NCBI GenBank assembly: GCA_049314435.1
Contig: JBMOFD010000027.1
Span: forward strand, 1-23,035
From: Chlamydiia bacterium
Lineage (GTDB): Bacteria > Chlamydiota > Chlamydiia > Chlamydiales > JBMOFD01
Reading direction: 5' to 3'
Length of the DNA stretch: 23,035 nt
Part shown: one piece after another, positions 1 through 8,646 of the stretch
How the letters are laid out: the number at the start of each line of letters is the position of its first letter
How positions within the stretch are numbered: position 1 is the stretch's first letter
Translations under genes and position numbers: made by a program
The notes under the pieces: generated by a model
Told to the model about the DNA's origin: nothing
Database searches by the model: none
What the model saw: the letters and a program-made list of their open reading frames with translations, nothing else

Positions 1-25
1 CCTGTACCTTCGCCAAAGACGAAAG

Positions 26-1144
26 CTATCCCCCGACTAAAACAGGCTCTGCCGTCTTACCGCAGCCAGTGGTCGAACCAGATGTGCTGCATCCGCTCGG
101 CGCCTGTGGAAGTCCGGGTCGTAGAGCGAGCTGTCCGCAAGCGGCAGCGATGTCATCGCCCTTTGTATAGCGACAGGTGTTCAGGATGCCGTGGTCATCA
201 AGGATATTTCTAAAGGCGTGGATCGCCTGGGGTGTTGGCCGATTCAGCCTTAGCCCTTCCACCGGATTATAAGGGATGAGGTTCACCACTCCTCGACGTC
301 CCCTCATCAGAGCCGCTAGCTCAACGGCATGCTGCTCTAGGTCGTTCAATCCAGCGAGGAGGGTGTACTCATAGGTAGGATCGCGACCTGAAATCTCCGC
401 AAACTCCTCCATCGCCTCCATAAGGTCCGATAACTCATAGTGACGCGCATAGGGGATGATCTTACGGCGAAGGTTTTGGTTGGGGGCGTGCAGCGAGAGA
501 ACCAAACTCACGCCGAGATCTTCGCGCGCTAATCGGACCATGTTCTCCAGAACACCCACGGTCGAAACCGTGATGCGACGAGCTCCCAGGCCGATGAGCT
601 GAGGGTGCTGCAGCATCTGGATGCTGCGCACCACGTTGTCGTAGTTACGGAGCGGCTCGCCCATACCCATATAGACAACGTGGGTGACGCGCTCTTCACG
701 TTCACCGAGCCAGCGCTGAATCTGCCACACCTGTTCGACGATTTCCGCGGCCGTAAGGTCACGAAGCAGACCTTGCCGGCCGGAGGCACAGAAGGCGCAG
801 CGAGCTGGGCATCCCACCTGGGTGCTCACGCAGACCGTGCGGCGACCAGGCGCCCGAATCAGCACCGACTCAACCCGCAGTCCATCCTTCAATTGCCATA
901 AGAATTTTGAGGTCTCGCCATCGCTGGCATCGACCACCTCTTCAAACTGGATAGAAGAGATGGCGAGTTTGGACTGGAGTTGCTCTCGGGTTGCGGCCCC
1001 GATGTTGGCCATGGCTTCCCAAGAGGAGGCCTCTTTTCGATAGAGCCAGTCGATGACTTGGCGAGCTCGATAGGGGGGGATCCCCCAAGAGGCAAAGCTC
1101 TCCTCGAGTTCACGGGGAAGGAAGTCGAAGAGGGACATACTCAC
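26..1144 (-). CDS. rlmN: 23S rRNA (adenine(2503)-C2)-methyltransferase / dual-specificity radical SAM RNA methyltransferase RlmN
   Basis: Radical SAM motif CVSTQVGCPARCAFCASG, VVYMGMGEPLRN, ITVSTVG, SLHAP, NLIPYNP and the C-terminal DIAAACGQL catalytic Cys motif. Start could be 1144 or 1138. Confidence 0.96.
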   Translation of the reverse strand: MSMSLFDFLPRELEESFASWGIPPYRARQVIDWLYRKEASSWEAMANIGAATREQLQSKLAISSIQFEEVVDASDGETSKFLWQLKDGLRVESVLIRAPGRRTVCVSTQVGCPARCAFCASGRQGLLRDLTAAEIVEQVWQIQRWLGEREERVTHVVYMGMGEPLRNYDNVVRSIQMLQHPQLIGLGARRITVSTVGVLENMVRLAREDLGVSLVLSLHAPNQNLRRKIIPYARHYELSDLMEAMEEFAEISGRDPTYEYTLLAGLNDLEQHAVELAALMRGRRGVVNLIPYNPVEGLRLNRPTPQAIHAFRNILDDHGILNTCRYTKGDDIAAACGQLALRPGLPQAPSGCSTSGSTTGCGKTAEPVLVGG

Positions 1145-1293
1145 GGCATAGTCTCTTTCAAGAGTTCAAACAACGTCGGCGATCTCGATCTCTAGAGAAT
1201 CCGACCCCAAATAGCGGACCTAGTATACAGCAAGGAAGTGCTTCTATGCGATCTGAAGCTCTTCCTGTCTCTCCCGGCTCCAGCCATTGGCTG

Positions 1294-1322
1294 TTGACGG
1301 ACAGCTGGAAGCGCCCTAGCAT
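1294..1322 (+). promoter_or_regulatory. Putative sigma70/sigma66 promoter for the 1420 gene
   Basis: TTGACG (1294-1299), 17-nt spacer, TAGCAT (1317-1322), about 100 nt upstream of an AGAGGA SD (1411-1416) and ATG 1420. Confidence 0.55.
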
Positions 1323-1419
1323 GGGCGCCCAATCGACGGCTTGGTTTTGGGATCTTGATTTCTGATGACTCTCCTGTGACCGAACGCCTCCAAACTCAAA
1401 TGATCAGCAAAGAGGACCC

Positions 1420-1977
1420 ATGTCTCGAACCCTATGCTCCCATCTCAAATTATGGACGATCGCCTGCGTGTGCGGGACAGCGCTCCAACTGGAGGCGGCT
1501 CCTGCCGCACTGAATGATCCGTGCGCTGCGCCCGGATCGTGTCGATTTCGTGAACCGGTCTGGAGCGGACCCGCTAATCCAGCGGATTATGAGCAGACCC
1601 GGCAGCTACTGGTTGAGATCGCGATGAACGTCAGCCATCGAACACCCTGCTGCGCCCGCACTCTCCCCCGTGGAGCCGCACTCCTCAGCACAGAAGGCCT
1701 GATTGTGAGTGGCGTTTCGGTAGCAGGAAGATCGCCGGAAGACACACTAGCCGCCGAGCTGGTTGCTCTAGGGAATGCCGTCAGTGAAGGTGTAAGTGGA
1801 ATCCATGCCCTAGTGATCGTATCCGCCGATGGCGATGCGCCGCATCCTCAATGCATGAGGCTCTTGGAAGAGATCTCTCCCACCTGCATGGTGCTCTGTG
1901 CGGATCGCGAAGGGCATGTACAAGACGCCCAGCCTGTCACCTCATGGACCAAGAAGCTGACCTCCGCCCGTAAATAG
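1420..1977 (+). CDS. Cytidine deaminase-like fold protein with N-terminal signal-like peptide; active site degenerate
   Basis: GAALLSTEGLIVSG..., LAAELVALGNAVSEG and PHPQCMRLLEE follow the order and spacing of homotetrameric CDA motifs (GAAL..DG, CAER.A...AVSEG, PCGxCRQ). Hydrophobic N-terminus ending ...LQLEA. SD AGAGGA upstream. Confidence 0.6.
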   Translation: MSRTLCSHLKLWTIACVCGTALQLEAAPAALNDPCAAPGSCRFREPVWSGPANPADYEQTRQLLVEIAMNVSHRTPCCARTLPRGAALLSTEGLIVSGVSVAGRSPEDTLAAELVALGNAVSEGVSGIHALVIVSADGDAPHPQCMRLLEEISPTCMVLCADREGHVQDAQPVTSWTKKLTSARK

Positions 1978-2000
1978 GCAGAGGCCAGCTTCAGGCATGT

Positions 2001-4082
2001 CTACTCGTCGATGGGCGAGGGGTCTGACATGAGTAGGGAGTCGGAAGACCCACTGGGCTGAGACGATGCAGGACTGTCGGATGGCAGCACGGGACTGTCA
2101 CTTATTCGAACAGGCGAGTTGCTGGAGGAACTCGATGACTCGTCCCCGTTTTCGTTCAGTGGGGCCACAGGCCGCCGGTCTGGCGGCGTCCAACCGGTCA
2201 TCACCCATGATCGGGGGATCAGAAGCAGCTCCTTCTGTCCCTCGGCGTGGGGCTGTACGCCCTCAGGGATGCCTACAACTTTGCGTACAGCTTTGACGGC
2301 TGGAGTTAAGTGCTGTCCGACTCGCCATGGGGAGACGATCTCAGAGGGACGATCCATCTGAGTCAGAGCGTCTTGCCAACCTTCAAAAGGAGCCTTCTGC
2401 TTAGGGAACTTCTTCTGCATCATCTCGTGCACATGAGCAGCCCCGAGGAAAACCTGCACCAGGTTCCACCCTACGTGGCAGAGGCGATCCACCATGTCCG
2501 TCACAGCGACAGGGAGCTTGCGATAGACCTTGGAGCAGGCTTGATAAGGGACAAACAAACCCCAAGTGCGTGCAAAGACTTCAGAATAGGCCATCATCGG
2601 ACTAATGTATTCGTCGAGAGGTAGTATCTCCCTTTTCCCTGCCTTCGGACTGATGACTGCATCGAGAGGTAGCTCCTCCCTTTTTTCCGTGTACACCACC
2701 TGATAGGCTCTCAATTGATCTTCATTGAGTTTGATTCTTGTCTTCAGTTCTGCCAGATTCACTCGCCCGCCATTCGCGGCACGCTGCTGAGCCACCTCGG
2801 CCGAATCGAAAAACTCATCGGTCACACGGAAGGGCTGAAGCATATCGATGCCAGCCGTCTTGTAGAGCAGGCTAATCGGCCATCGAGTGCAGTTCCTCTC
2901 AGCCAGATTAAACGGCTCGTTGTGAACATGTTGCCATTCTACCTCCGCCTGCATGTCGTTGAACTGAGCGTGATTCAGGGCTACGGGAAGTTCCGTGATC
3001 CAAGGATGATCGCTATATTCACTCGAGTCCAGAACGATCCACCCCGGCTTTATCTGGTCATGACCAGCCCATACAAGTCCTATTGGGCTCGCTTGATAGG
3101 CCGTTTTTTCTGGGCGATAGATGCTGACAGGCGTCATGTAGGCAGTTGGTATCGCGCCAGCCTCAGGGTCCATGTCTAGATGATCAGCGAACGGCCCCCT
3201 CATACGCAGATAGCCATGATCACCCCTTGCCACACGCATGACCTTGTCTGTCGTCGTCGTGCACACACTGGCGGTATAGCCGCCCCCCCGCGCAGCGGTC
3301 TCTTCGGGCTTCTCCTGAAAGAGCGGTCTTAGCTTATCACCAGGCCAATGAAACACGTCCCCATGGGTCTTCTCAGATTGGGCCCGCTCACTGAAATCAT
3401 ATCTTGTGATGCCAGTGTAGTCATAGTAGAGGTGGGAGAAGGCAGGCGCGTGAGCAGGCAGCGCTGGCCGAGGACGTTCTCGACGAGCCTCGACCGGCAC
3501 GTCACTCCACCTGGTCTGAGCACCCTGATATTTGATACCCAGCTCACCACTGGCATGCACGCTGAACTGCTCTTCGGATCGAGCTAGGACATTGTAGGCA
3601 TACGAAGCCAACGCCCACTTGTCTAAACCCTGCGCTCTCTTCATCTCGTCGGTCGTAATACCGAGTCGACTGGCAAGCAGCTTCTCCTTCACCTCGTCAA
3701 ACAGAGCCTTGGACAAACCATGCTTCAGTTCTCTTCCCAGGATACTGCTAACAAACTGCTTGGTCACATGAACCGTGCGGTTGCGTTTCATGGCTGCAGG
3801 CGAACACTCAGCGGGACGCACTCCGAACTCTGTCTCGAGGCCATCTCTTCGGACCGGCGCGCATGGCGCGTCCCTAATGGCTGCTTGAAGCTGATTTAAG
3901 GCCTGACCCAATGCCCTTGCGTTCTCGATGGCAATCTGGGTACGAAAGGCTGAATTGAGGAATTTTAGGCGCTCCCAGAAGCCAAGGGAGGTCGTGGTAA
4001 CCCTATCCCTTGTCTTGTCATAGGAAATTCGTTGGACAGATCCGCCAATTGCTGCTTGTGCTGCTTGAAGTACACTCAACAT
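2001..4082 (-). CDS. Hypothetical 693-aa protein, candidate permuted papain-like (NlpC/P60 superfamily) hydrolase / secreted effector
   Basis: Long uninterrupted ORF with ATG at 4082. GDHGYLRM (His289) precedes PFNLAERNCTRW (Cys398). Ser/Pro/Asp-rich C-terminal tail. The ORF is well supported; the function is inferred. Confidence 0.6.
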   Translation of the reverse strand: MLSVLQAAQAAIGGSVQRISYDKTRDRVTTTSLGFWERLKFLNSAFRTQIAIENARALGQALNQLQAAIRDAPCAPVRRDGLETEFGVRPAECSPAAMKRNRTVHVTKQFVSSILGRELKHGLSKALFDEVKEKLLASRLGITTDEMKRAQGLDKWALASYAYNVLARSEEQFSVHASGELGIKYQGAQTRWSDVPVEARRERPRPALPAHAPAFSHLYYDYTGITRYDFSERAQSEKTHGDVFHWPGDKLRPLFQEKPEETAARGGGYTASVCTTTTDKVMRVARGDHGYLRMRGPFADHLDMDPEAGAIPTAYMTPVSIYRPEKTAYQASPIGLVWAGHDQIKPGWIVLDSSEYSDHPWITELPVALNHAQFNDMQAEVEWQHVHNEPFNLAERNCTRWPISLLYKTAGIDMLQPFRVTDEFFDSAEVAQQRAANGGRVNLAELKTRIKLNEDQLRAYQVVYTEKREELPLDAVISPKAGKREILPLDEYISPMMAYSEVFARTWGLFVPYQACSKVYRKLPVAVTDMVDRLCHVGWNLVQVFLGAAHVHEMMQKKFPKQKAPFEGWQDALTQMDRPSEIVSPWRVGQHLTPAVKAVRKVVGIPEGVQPHAEGQKELLLIPRSWVMTGWTPPDRRPVAPLNENGDESSSSSSNSPVRISDSPVLPSDSPASSQPSGSSDSLLMSDPSPIDE
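2597..2688. repeat. 48-bp imperfect tandem duplication inside the 693-aa gene
   Basis: TCGGACT...TCGAGAGGTAG...CTCCCTTTT starts at 2597 and again at 2645. It encodes KREELPLDAVISPKAG / KREILPLDEYISPM. Confidence 0.8.
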
Positions 4083-4229
4083 TCTAAAAAAACCTGTTCA
4101 GTTACTCCTAGTTGCCAATCCTAGGACGACCATACTACACAGGCAGCGAAATAAAACCAGAGAAGTACCCTGGAGTTGAAATAAGTGATGATCAGTTTAC
4201 GAGAGTATTGAAAAGGGAACTGGCCTGTT

Positions 4230-6029
4230 TTAGCCAGTCGCGCGAGGTCCTGTCGGAGCCATCACTAGGAGGTCTGGGCTCACCTGAAAGAGCGGTGGCG
4301 AGCGTCTTAGATCGCCATACTGCTTGGCTCCCTGGATCGCTGCCTCATCGGTCATCTCACCGGAATGAAGTCCAATACGAATTGCCTCACATCGAGCCAG
4401 CCAGTTCCTCTCCAGGATCTTCTGGACCGTCATAGGAAGCAGCTGAGAGGCCTTTTCGATCGGTAACTTCTTCTCCAGAAGCTGATCCAAAAAGGGCATC
4501 AACTCATCTTCCCCGATCTCCGCGGCGATGCCAAGGAGATCGGGCTGTTCACCTCTAGACCGAAGAGACTGAAGCGCCTCATAGATCCGTCGCACGCGAG
4601 GATGGCGCAGTTGATCTGAGGGCAGCGCCTTGAGGATGGCCTGTAGAAGGGGCTCATGGGCATTCCCTAGCCAGAGGAACCAGCGCAGGAGATCTGATTC
4701 CAGAGCAAGGTCGGGGTCGATCTCTGGCAGGCCTGGCCTCTTCTTAGCTTGAGGAGCAGCACGAGGGGCAGCGCCCACTCCCATCAGATGTTCAGGCATG
4801 TGCAGGAGCTGGGCCAACTTGCGCAGGCTCTCATGCACCATAACCGGCTGCTTCCATTCACGGATGCGCGCCACCATCTCACCGATCGCCTGGGTCTTAG
4901 AGGCTGGGTCGGAGAGACGCTGCCTTGCTTGCAGTTCTCCTACCATAAAGGAGAGGTAGTCTGGGGCCTGGGTCATGAGCTCCAGAAGGGCGTAGGGCCC
5001 CTCTGTGCGCAGGAACTGGTCCGGATCCTGTCCTGATGGGAGCATCACGATGCGCACACCCAGCCCTTCACTTTGGAGGAGATCACCGATCTTCCAGGAG
5101 GCCTCTCGTCCCGCCGCATCCCCATCCATGCAAAGCCATACCTGCTGCACACCCAGCTGCTGCAATTCACGAAGATGGCCATCGGCAAAGGCTGTGCCCT
5201 GCGTAGCCACGGTGATATTGAGTCCTGCCTGGATCATGGAGAGCGCATCGATCTGGCCTTCGACCAGGATCACCTGCCGTTCACGAGCGATCCTGCGGCG
5301 GGAATAGCTGAGTCCAAAGAGAATATGCGACTTCTTGAAGAGCACGGTCTCTGGTGAGTTCACATATTTCCCACCATGTGTTTCCTCGCGCCATTTGCGC
5401 GCACTGAACCCGATCACCTCACCCAGGGGATTCCTCACAGGAAACGTGATCCTCTCGCGGAAGAACTCCCGGTGCTGCTGCTGCGTGAGCAAGCCCACTG
5501 CGTGGAGATCCTCCGTCGACGCTCCCGACTGCTCGAGGAGTTTGCGCATGACGCCCTGGTTGGACCAGTACCCCACTCCAAAGGAGCGGATGAAGTTGAG
5601 ATCGAGCCCGCGCTGGAACAGATATTGTAGGGGAGCTCGGCCCTCTTCGCTGTGAAGGAGGCAGTAGTGGCAGAGGCGAGCCGCCCGCTCCATGATCTCC
5701 TTGAAGTGCTTCTTGGGCACCTCTTCCCCAGTTTGTTGCTCGCGCTGCAGGACCACCTGGTAGCGCTGGGCTAGGAGTTCTACAGAATCGCTGAACCCGA
5801 TCCGCTGATGCTGCATAAGGAAGGTGATCGCATCTCCATGAGCTCCGCACCCGTAGCAATGGTAATGGCGATCGCCTCTCTGGACGGTAAAGGAGGGAGA
5901 ACGTTCTTCATGAAAAGGGCAGCATGTTTTATAGCTGGCACCCGTCCGTTTCAGAGGGATATATGCCGATAGAAATTCGACAAGGTCGACCTTCTGCCGG
6001 AGCTGATCTAGACTTTCTTTGGAGAACAT
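4230..6029 (-). CDS. dnaG: DNA primase DnaG
   Basis: Zn ribbon CCPFHEERSPSF...YHCYGCGAHGD, FRERITFP, GKYVNSPET, TOPRIM VEGQID and DGDAAG, DPD. Start revised to ATG 6029 (MFSKESLDQLRQ), which has GAGGA upstream; the ORF-track extension to 6200 is antisense to mutS. Confidence 0.97.
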   Translation of the reverse strand: MFSKESLDQLRQKVDLVEFLSAYIPLKRTGASYKTCCPFHEERSPSFTVQRGDRHYHCYGCGAHGDAITFLMQHQRIGFSDSVELLAQRYQVVLQREQQTGEEVPKKHFKEIMERAARLCHYCLLHSEEGRAPLQYLFQRGLDLNFIRSFGVGYWSNQGVMRKLLEQSGASTEDLHAVGLLTQQQHREFFRERITFPVRNPLGEVIGFSARKWREETHGGKYVNSPETVLFKKSHILFGLSYSRRRIARERQVILVEGQIDALSMIQAGLNITVATQGTAFADGHLRELQQLGVQQVWLCMDGDAAGREASWKIGDLLQSEGLGVRIVMLPSGQDPDQFLRTEGPYALLELMTQAPDYLSFMVGELQARQRLSDPASKTQAIGEMVARIREWKQPVMVHESLRKLAQLLHMPEHLMGVGAAPRAAPQAKKRPGLPEIDPDLALESDLLRWFLWLGNAHEPLLQAILKALPSDQLRHPRVRRIYEALQSLRSRGEQPDLLGIAAEIGEDELMPFLDQLLEKKLPIEKASQLLPMTVQKILERNWLARCEAIRIGLHSGEMTDEAAIQGAKQYGDLRRSPPLFQVSPDLLVMAPTGPRATG

Positions 6030-6135
6030 GCTGAAATCTTCCTCATCTGCTCCTGAGCAGCAGGCAGTTAGGCCATCTTCCCACAAGTCAGCTATTCGAC
6101 AAAAGAAGCGGGACGTTGGAGAGCACGAGGACCCT

Positions 6136-8646
6136 TTGAGCCAGCAAGACCCATCCCCCCGTAGCGATACCCCTATGTTGCAGCAATGGCACGCTTGCAA
6201 GCAAAAGGCAGGTGACGCACTCCTCCTCTTTCGGCTTGGAGACTTTTACGAAGCCTTCGAATCGGATGCGCCCATCATCGCACGAGATCTCGAGATTGCT
6301 CTGACTGCTCGTCACGGAGTGCCGATGGCAGGCCTCCCCTGGATGGCCCTGGAGAGTGCGATCGACCGGTTAGTGAGTCGTGGTCATCGAGTGGCGATCG
6401 CCGAGCAGGTCGAGGAATCGCGATCCAAAGGGATCATGCGTCGAGAGATCGTACGACTGGTCTCCCCTGGCACTCTGATCCAGAGTGGACTCCTCCAAGA
6501 GAAGCACTCCAACTTCCTCGTTGCGTGTATGCCCAGGTTGCAGACTTGGGGGCTTGCCGTCGCCGATCTCTCTACAGGGAGCTTAACCTGTACTGAACTG
6601 GATTCCGAAGAGGAATTCTGGAACGAGATCGGACGACTCCGCCCAGCCGAGATCCTCATCCCAGAGGGCTGGCTCCTCCGCCATCCACAATGGAAGGAGA
6701 AGGCCCGAGAGCTCCTATCCTTAGCGATCACCCCTGAACCGGAGTTGGGCTTCGAACTCTCGGAGGGGGATGCGGTGCTAGGCCGCCGTTTTGGGATCAC
6801 CTGCTGGAAGGCTCTCGGACTCGACGAGCTACCCGTAGCTGCAGCTGCCTGCCTAGGACTAGTCCGCTACGTGGAAAATGTCTTCCCCGCAGCAGCGACA
6901 GCTCTTTCTAAACCTATCTCCTACTGCTTGAAAAATACCCTGCGTCTGGACCGGCAGACCCTACGCCACCTGGCAATCCTTGAGGACCCAGCTAGCCAGC
7001 ATCGCCTCACCCTCTTTGGGATCCTCGATCAGACCGAAACTCCCATGGGCGGGAGATTGCTGGCGCAGTGGCTACGACACCCTCTTGGGGATCGTGCTGG
7101 CATTGAGGTCAGACACGCCGCTGTAGGAGGACTCCTACAGCGGCAGCTGACTCTGCATGGACTCAAGGCTCATCTAAAGGGCATACGAGATCTGGAGCGG
7201 ATCAGCAACCGTCTCATGAGCGGCCTCGGCTCCCCTCGCGACCTATCGAGTCTCTGCACAAGTCTGCAACGAGTGCCTGAGCTTTCGACCCAGCTCGCCT
7301 CCCTACCAGGTTCTACGTGGCAGCGTTTGATGCAGGGAACCCAAGTGCCTCAGCAGCTGCTCGAGCTCTTGGAACGGGCCGTGGCCGATGAGCCTCCAGC
7401 CAAGTGCGGAGAGGGTGGCTGCTTCAGGCAAGGCTACCATCCAGAGTACGACCGACTCATAGAGCTGACGAGAGAGCAGGACTCCTGGACTCAGTGCTAC
7501 CAAGAGCGGCTCCGTGCTGAAACGGGATGCAAGAGCCTGAAGATCGGACACCATCAGAGTTTTGGGTGGTTCATCGAGGTCCCCAGAAGCCAAGCCGCTC
7601 AGATGCCCGAGTCGTTCCACCGACGACAAACTCTCACCACGGGTGAGAGATATATCTCCGAAGAACTCAAGGCCTACGAGCGGGAAGTGCTGACCGCACA
7701 AGATCAGCTCCGTCGCCTAGAACTGCAGCTGTTTGCTGAGCTGCGCACCGAGCTGCTACAGCACATCCAGGACCTCCGTCGCTGTGCTCAAGCCATTGCG
7801 GAGGTAGATGTCCTAGCGAGTTTTGCGGCTGTGGCCCATCGCAACGGATGGAGCCGCCCAGAACTGGTCGAAGAGGACATCTTGGACATCCAGGGTGGGC
7901 GCCATCCGGTCATTGAGCAGGTGCTACCTCTTGGGCAGTTCGTGGCCAACGACTTTACGCTTGGCGGACGCAAGCGGCTGATGGTCCTCACCGGACCCAA
8001 CATGGGTGGGAAGAGCACCTACATGCGTCAGATCGGTCTCCTCGTCGTGCTTGCGCAAACCGGCTCCTTTGTTCCCGCCAAGCGGATGCGCTGGCATCTC
8101 ATCGATCGACTCTTCACTCGGATCGGTGCGAGTGACGACCTCGCACGCGGTCAGAGCACCTTCATGGTGGAGATGGTGGAGACGGCGGCCATTCTGCACC
8201 AAGCCACCTCTCGCTCACTCGTGCTGCTAGATGAAATCGGTCGTGGAACGAGCACCTCAGACGGTCTGGCGATCGCATGGGCCGTTGCGGAGCACCTTCT
8301 AGAAGGTGCCGATAAAGGCTGCAAGACCCTCTTTGCCACCCACTTCCTCGAGCTCACGCAGCTCGCTACCCTAAAGCCGGGCGTCTGCAACGCCCACGTG
8401 GTGGCTAAGGAACAAGATGGCACCGTCCACTTCCTCCACCGCATTAAGCCTGGTGCCGCTGACCGAGCCTATGGGCTTCATGTAGCTCGTTTAGCGGGGC
8501 TACCCGCTACGGTCATCAAGCGCGCAGTCGAGCTGCAGCAGAACTTCGATCGCAACACCCAGCGACGTCTAGTGCCCGCTCAGACCTCACCAGCTCTCTC
8601 TGAAGAGCAGCCTGGTCTGTTCCTGGCACTGGCTCCGGGGGATTGA
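6136..8646 (+). CDS. mutS: DNA mismatch repair protein MutS
   Basis: TPMLQQW, LLFRLGDFYEAF, P-loop LTGPNMGGKSTYMRQ, FTRIGASDDLARGQSTFMVEM, LLDEIGRGTST, TLFATHF, YGLHVARLAGLP. Likely start is the in-frame TTG 6136 with GAGGA at 6127-6131. Confidence 0.97.
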   Translation: MSQQDPSPRSDTPMLQQWHACKQKAGDALLLFRLGDFYEAFESDAPIIARDLEIALTARHGVPMAGLPWMALESAIDRLVSRGHRVAIAEQVEESRSKGIMRREIVRLVSPGTLIQSGLLQEKHSNFLVACMPRLQTWGLAVADLSTGSLTCTELDSEEEFWNEIGRLRPAEILIPEGWLLRHPQWKEKARELLSLAITPEPELGFELSEGDAVLGRRFGITCWKALGLDELPVAAAACLGLVRYVENVFPAAATALSKPISYCLKNTLRLDRQTLRHLAILEDPASQHRLTLFGILDQTETPMGGRLLAQWLRHPLGDRAGIEVRHAAVGGLLQRQLTLHGLKAHLKGIRDLERISNRLMSGLGSPRDLSSLCTSLQRVPELSTQLASLPGSTWQRLMQGTQVPQQLLELLERAVADEPPAKCGEGGCFRQGYHPEYDRLIELTREQDSWTQCYQERLRAETGCKSLKIGHHQSFGWFIEVPRSQAAQMPESFHRRQTLTTGERYISEELKAYEREVLTAQDQLRRLELQLFAELRTELLQHIQDLRRCAQAIAEVDVLASFAAVAHRNGWSRPELVEEDILDIQGGRHPVIEQVLPLGQFVANDFTLGGRKRLMVLTGPNMGGKSTYMRQIGLLVVLAQTGSFVPAKRMRWHLIDRLFTRIGASDDLARGQSTFMVEMVETAAILHQATSRSLVLLDEIGRGTSTSDGLAIAWAVAEHLLEGADKGCKTLFATHFLELTQLATLKPGVCNAHVVAKEQDGTVHFLHRIKPGAADRAYGLHVARLAGLPATVIKRAVELQQNFDRNTQRRLVPAQTSPALSEEQPGLFLALAPGD

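Noticed and set aside
4112..4435. 107-aa + strand ORF and the many other short ORFs antisense to or nested in large genes
   Set aside because: They overlap well-supported genes, have no recognisable motifs, and are typical shadow ORFs in GC-rich DNA.
6019..6200. Apparent head-to-head overlap of dnaG (to 6200) and mutS (from 6019), including back-to-back ATGs in the CATG at 6027-6030
   Set aside because: DnaG homology starts at MFSKES (6029) and mutS has an SD-supported TTG at 6136 just before TPMLQQW. This leaves an ordinary ~106-nt divergent intergenic region.
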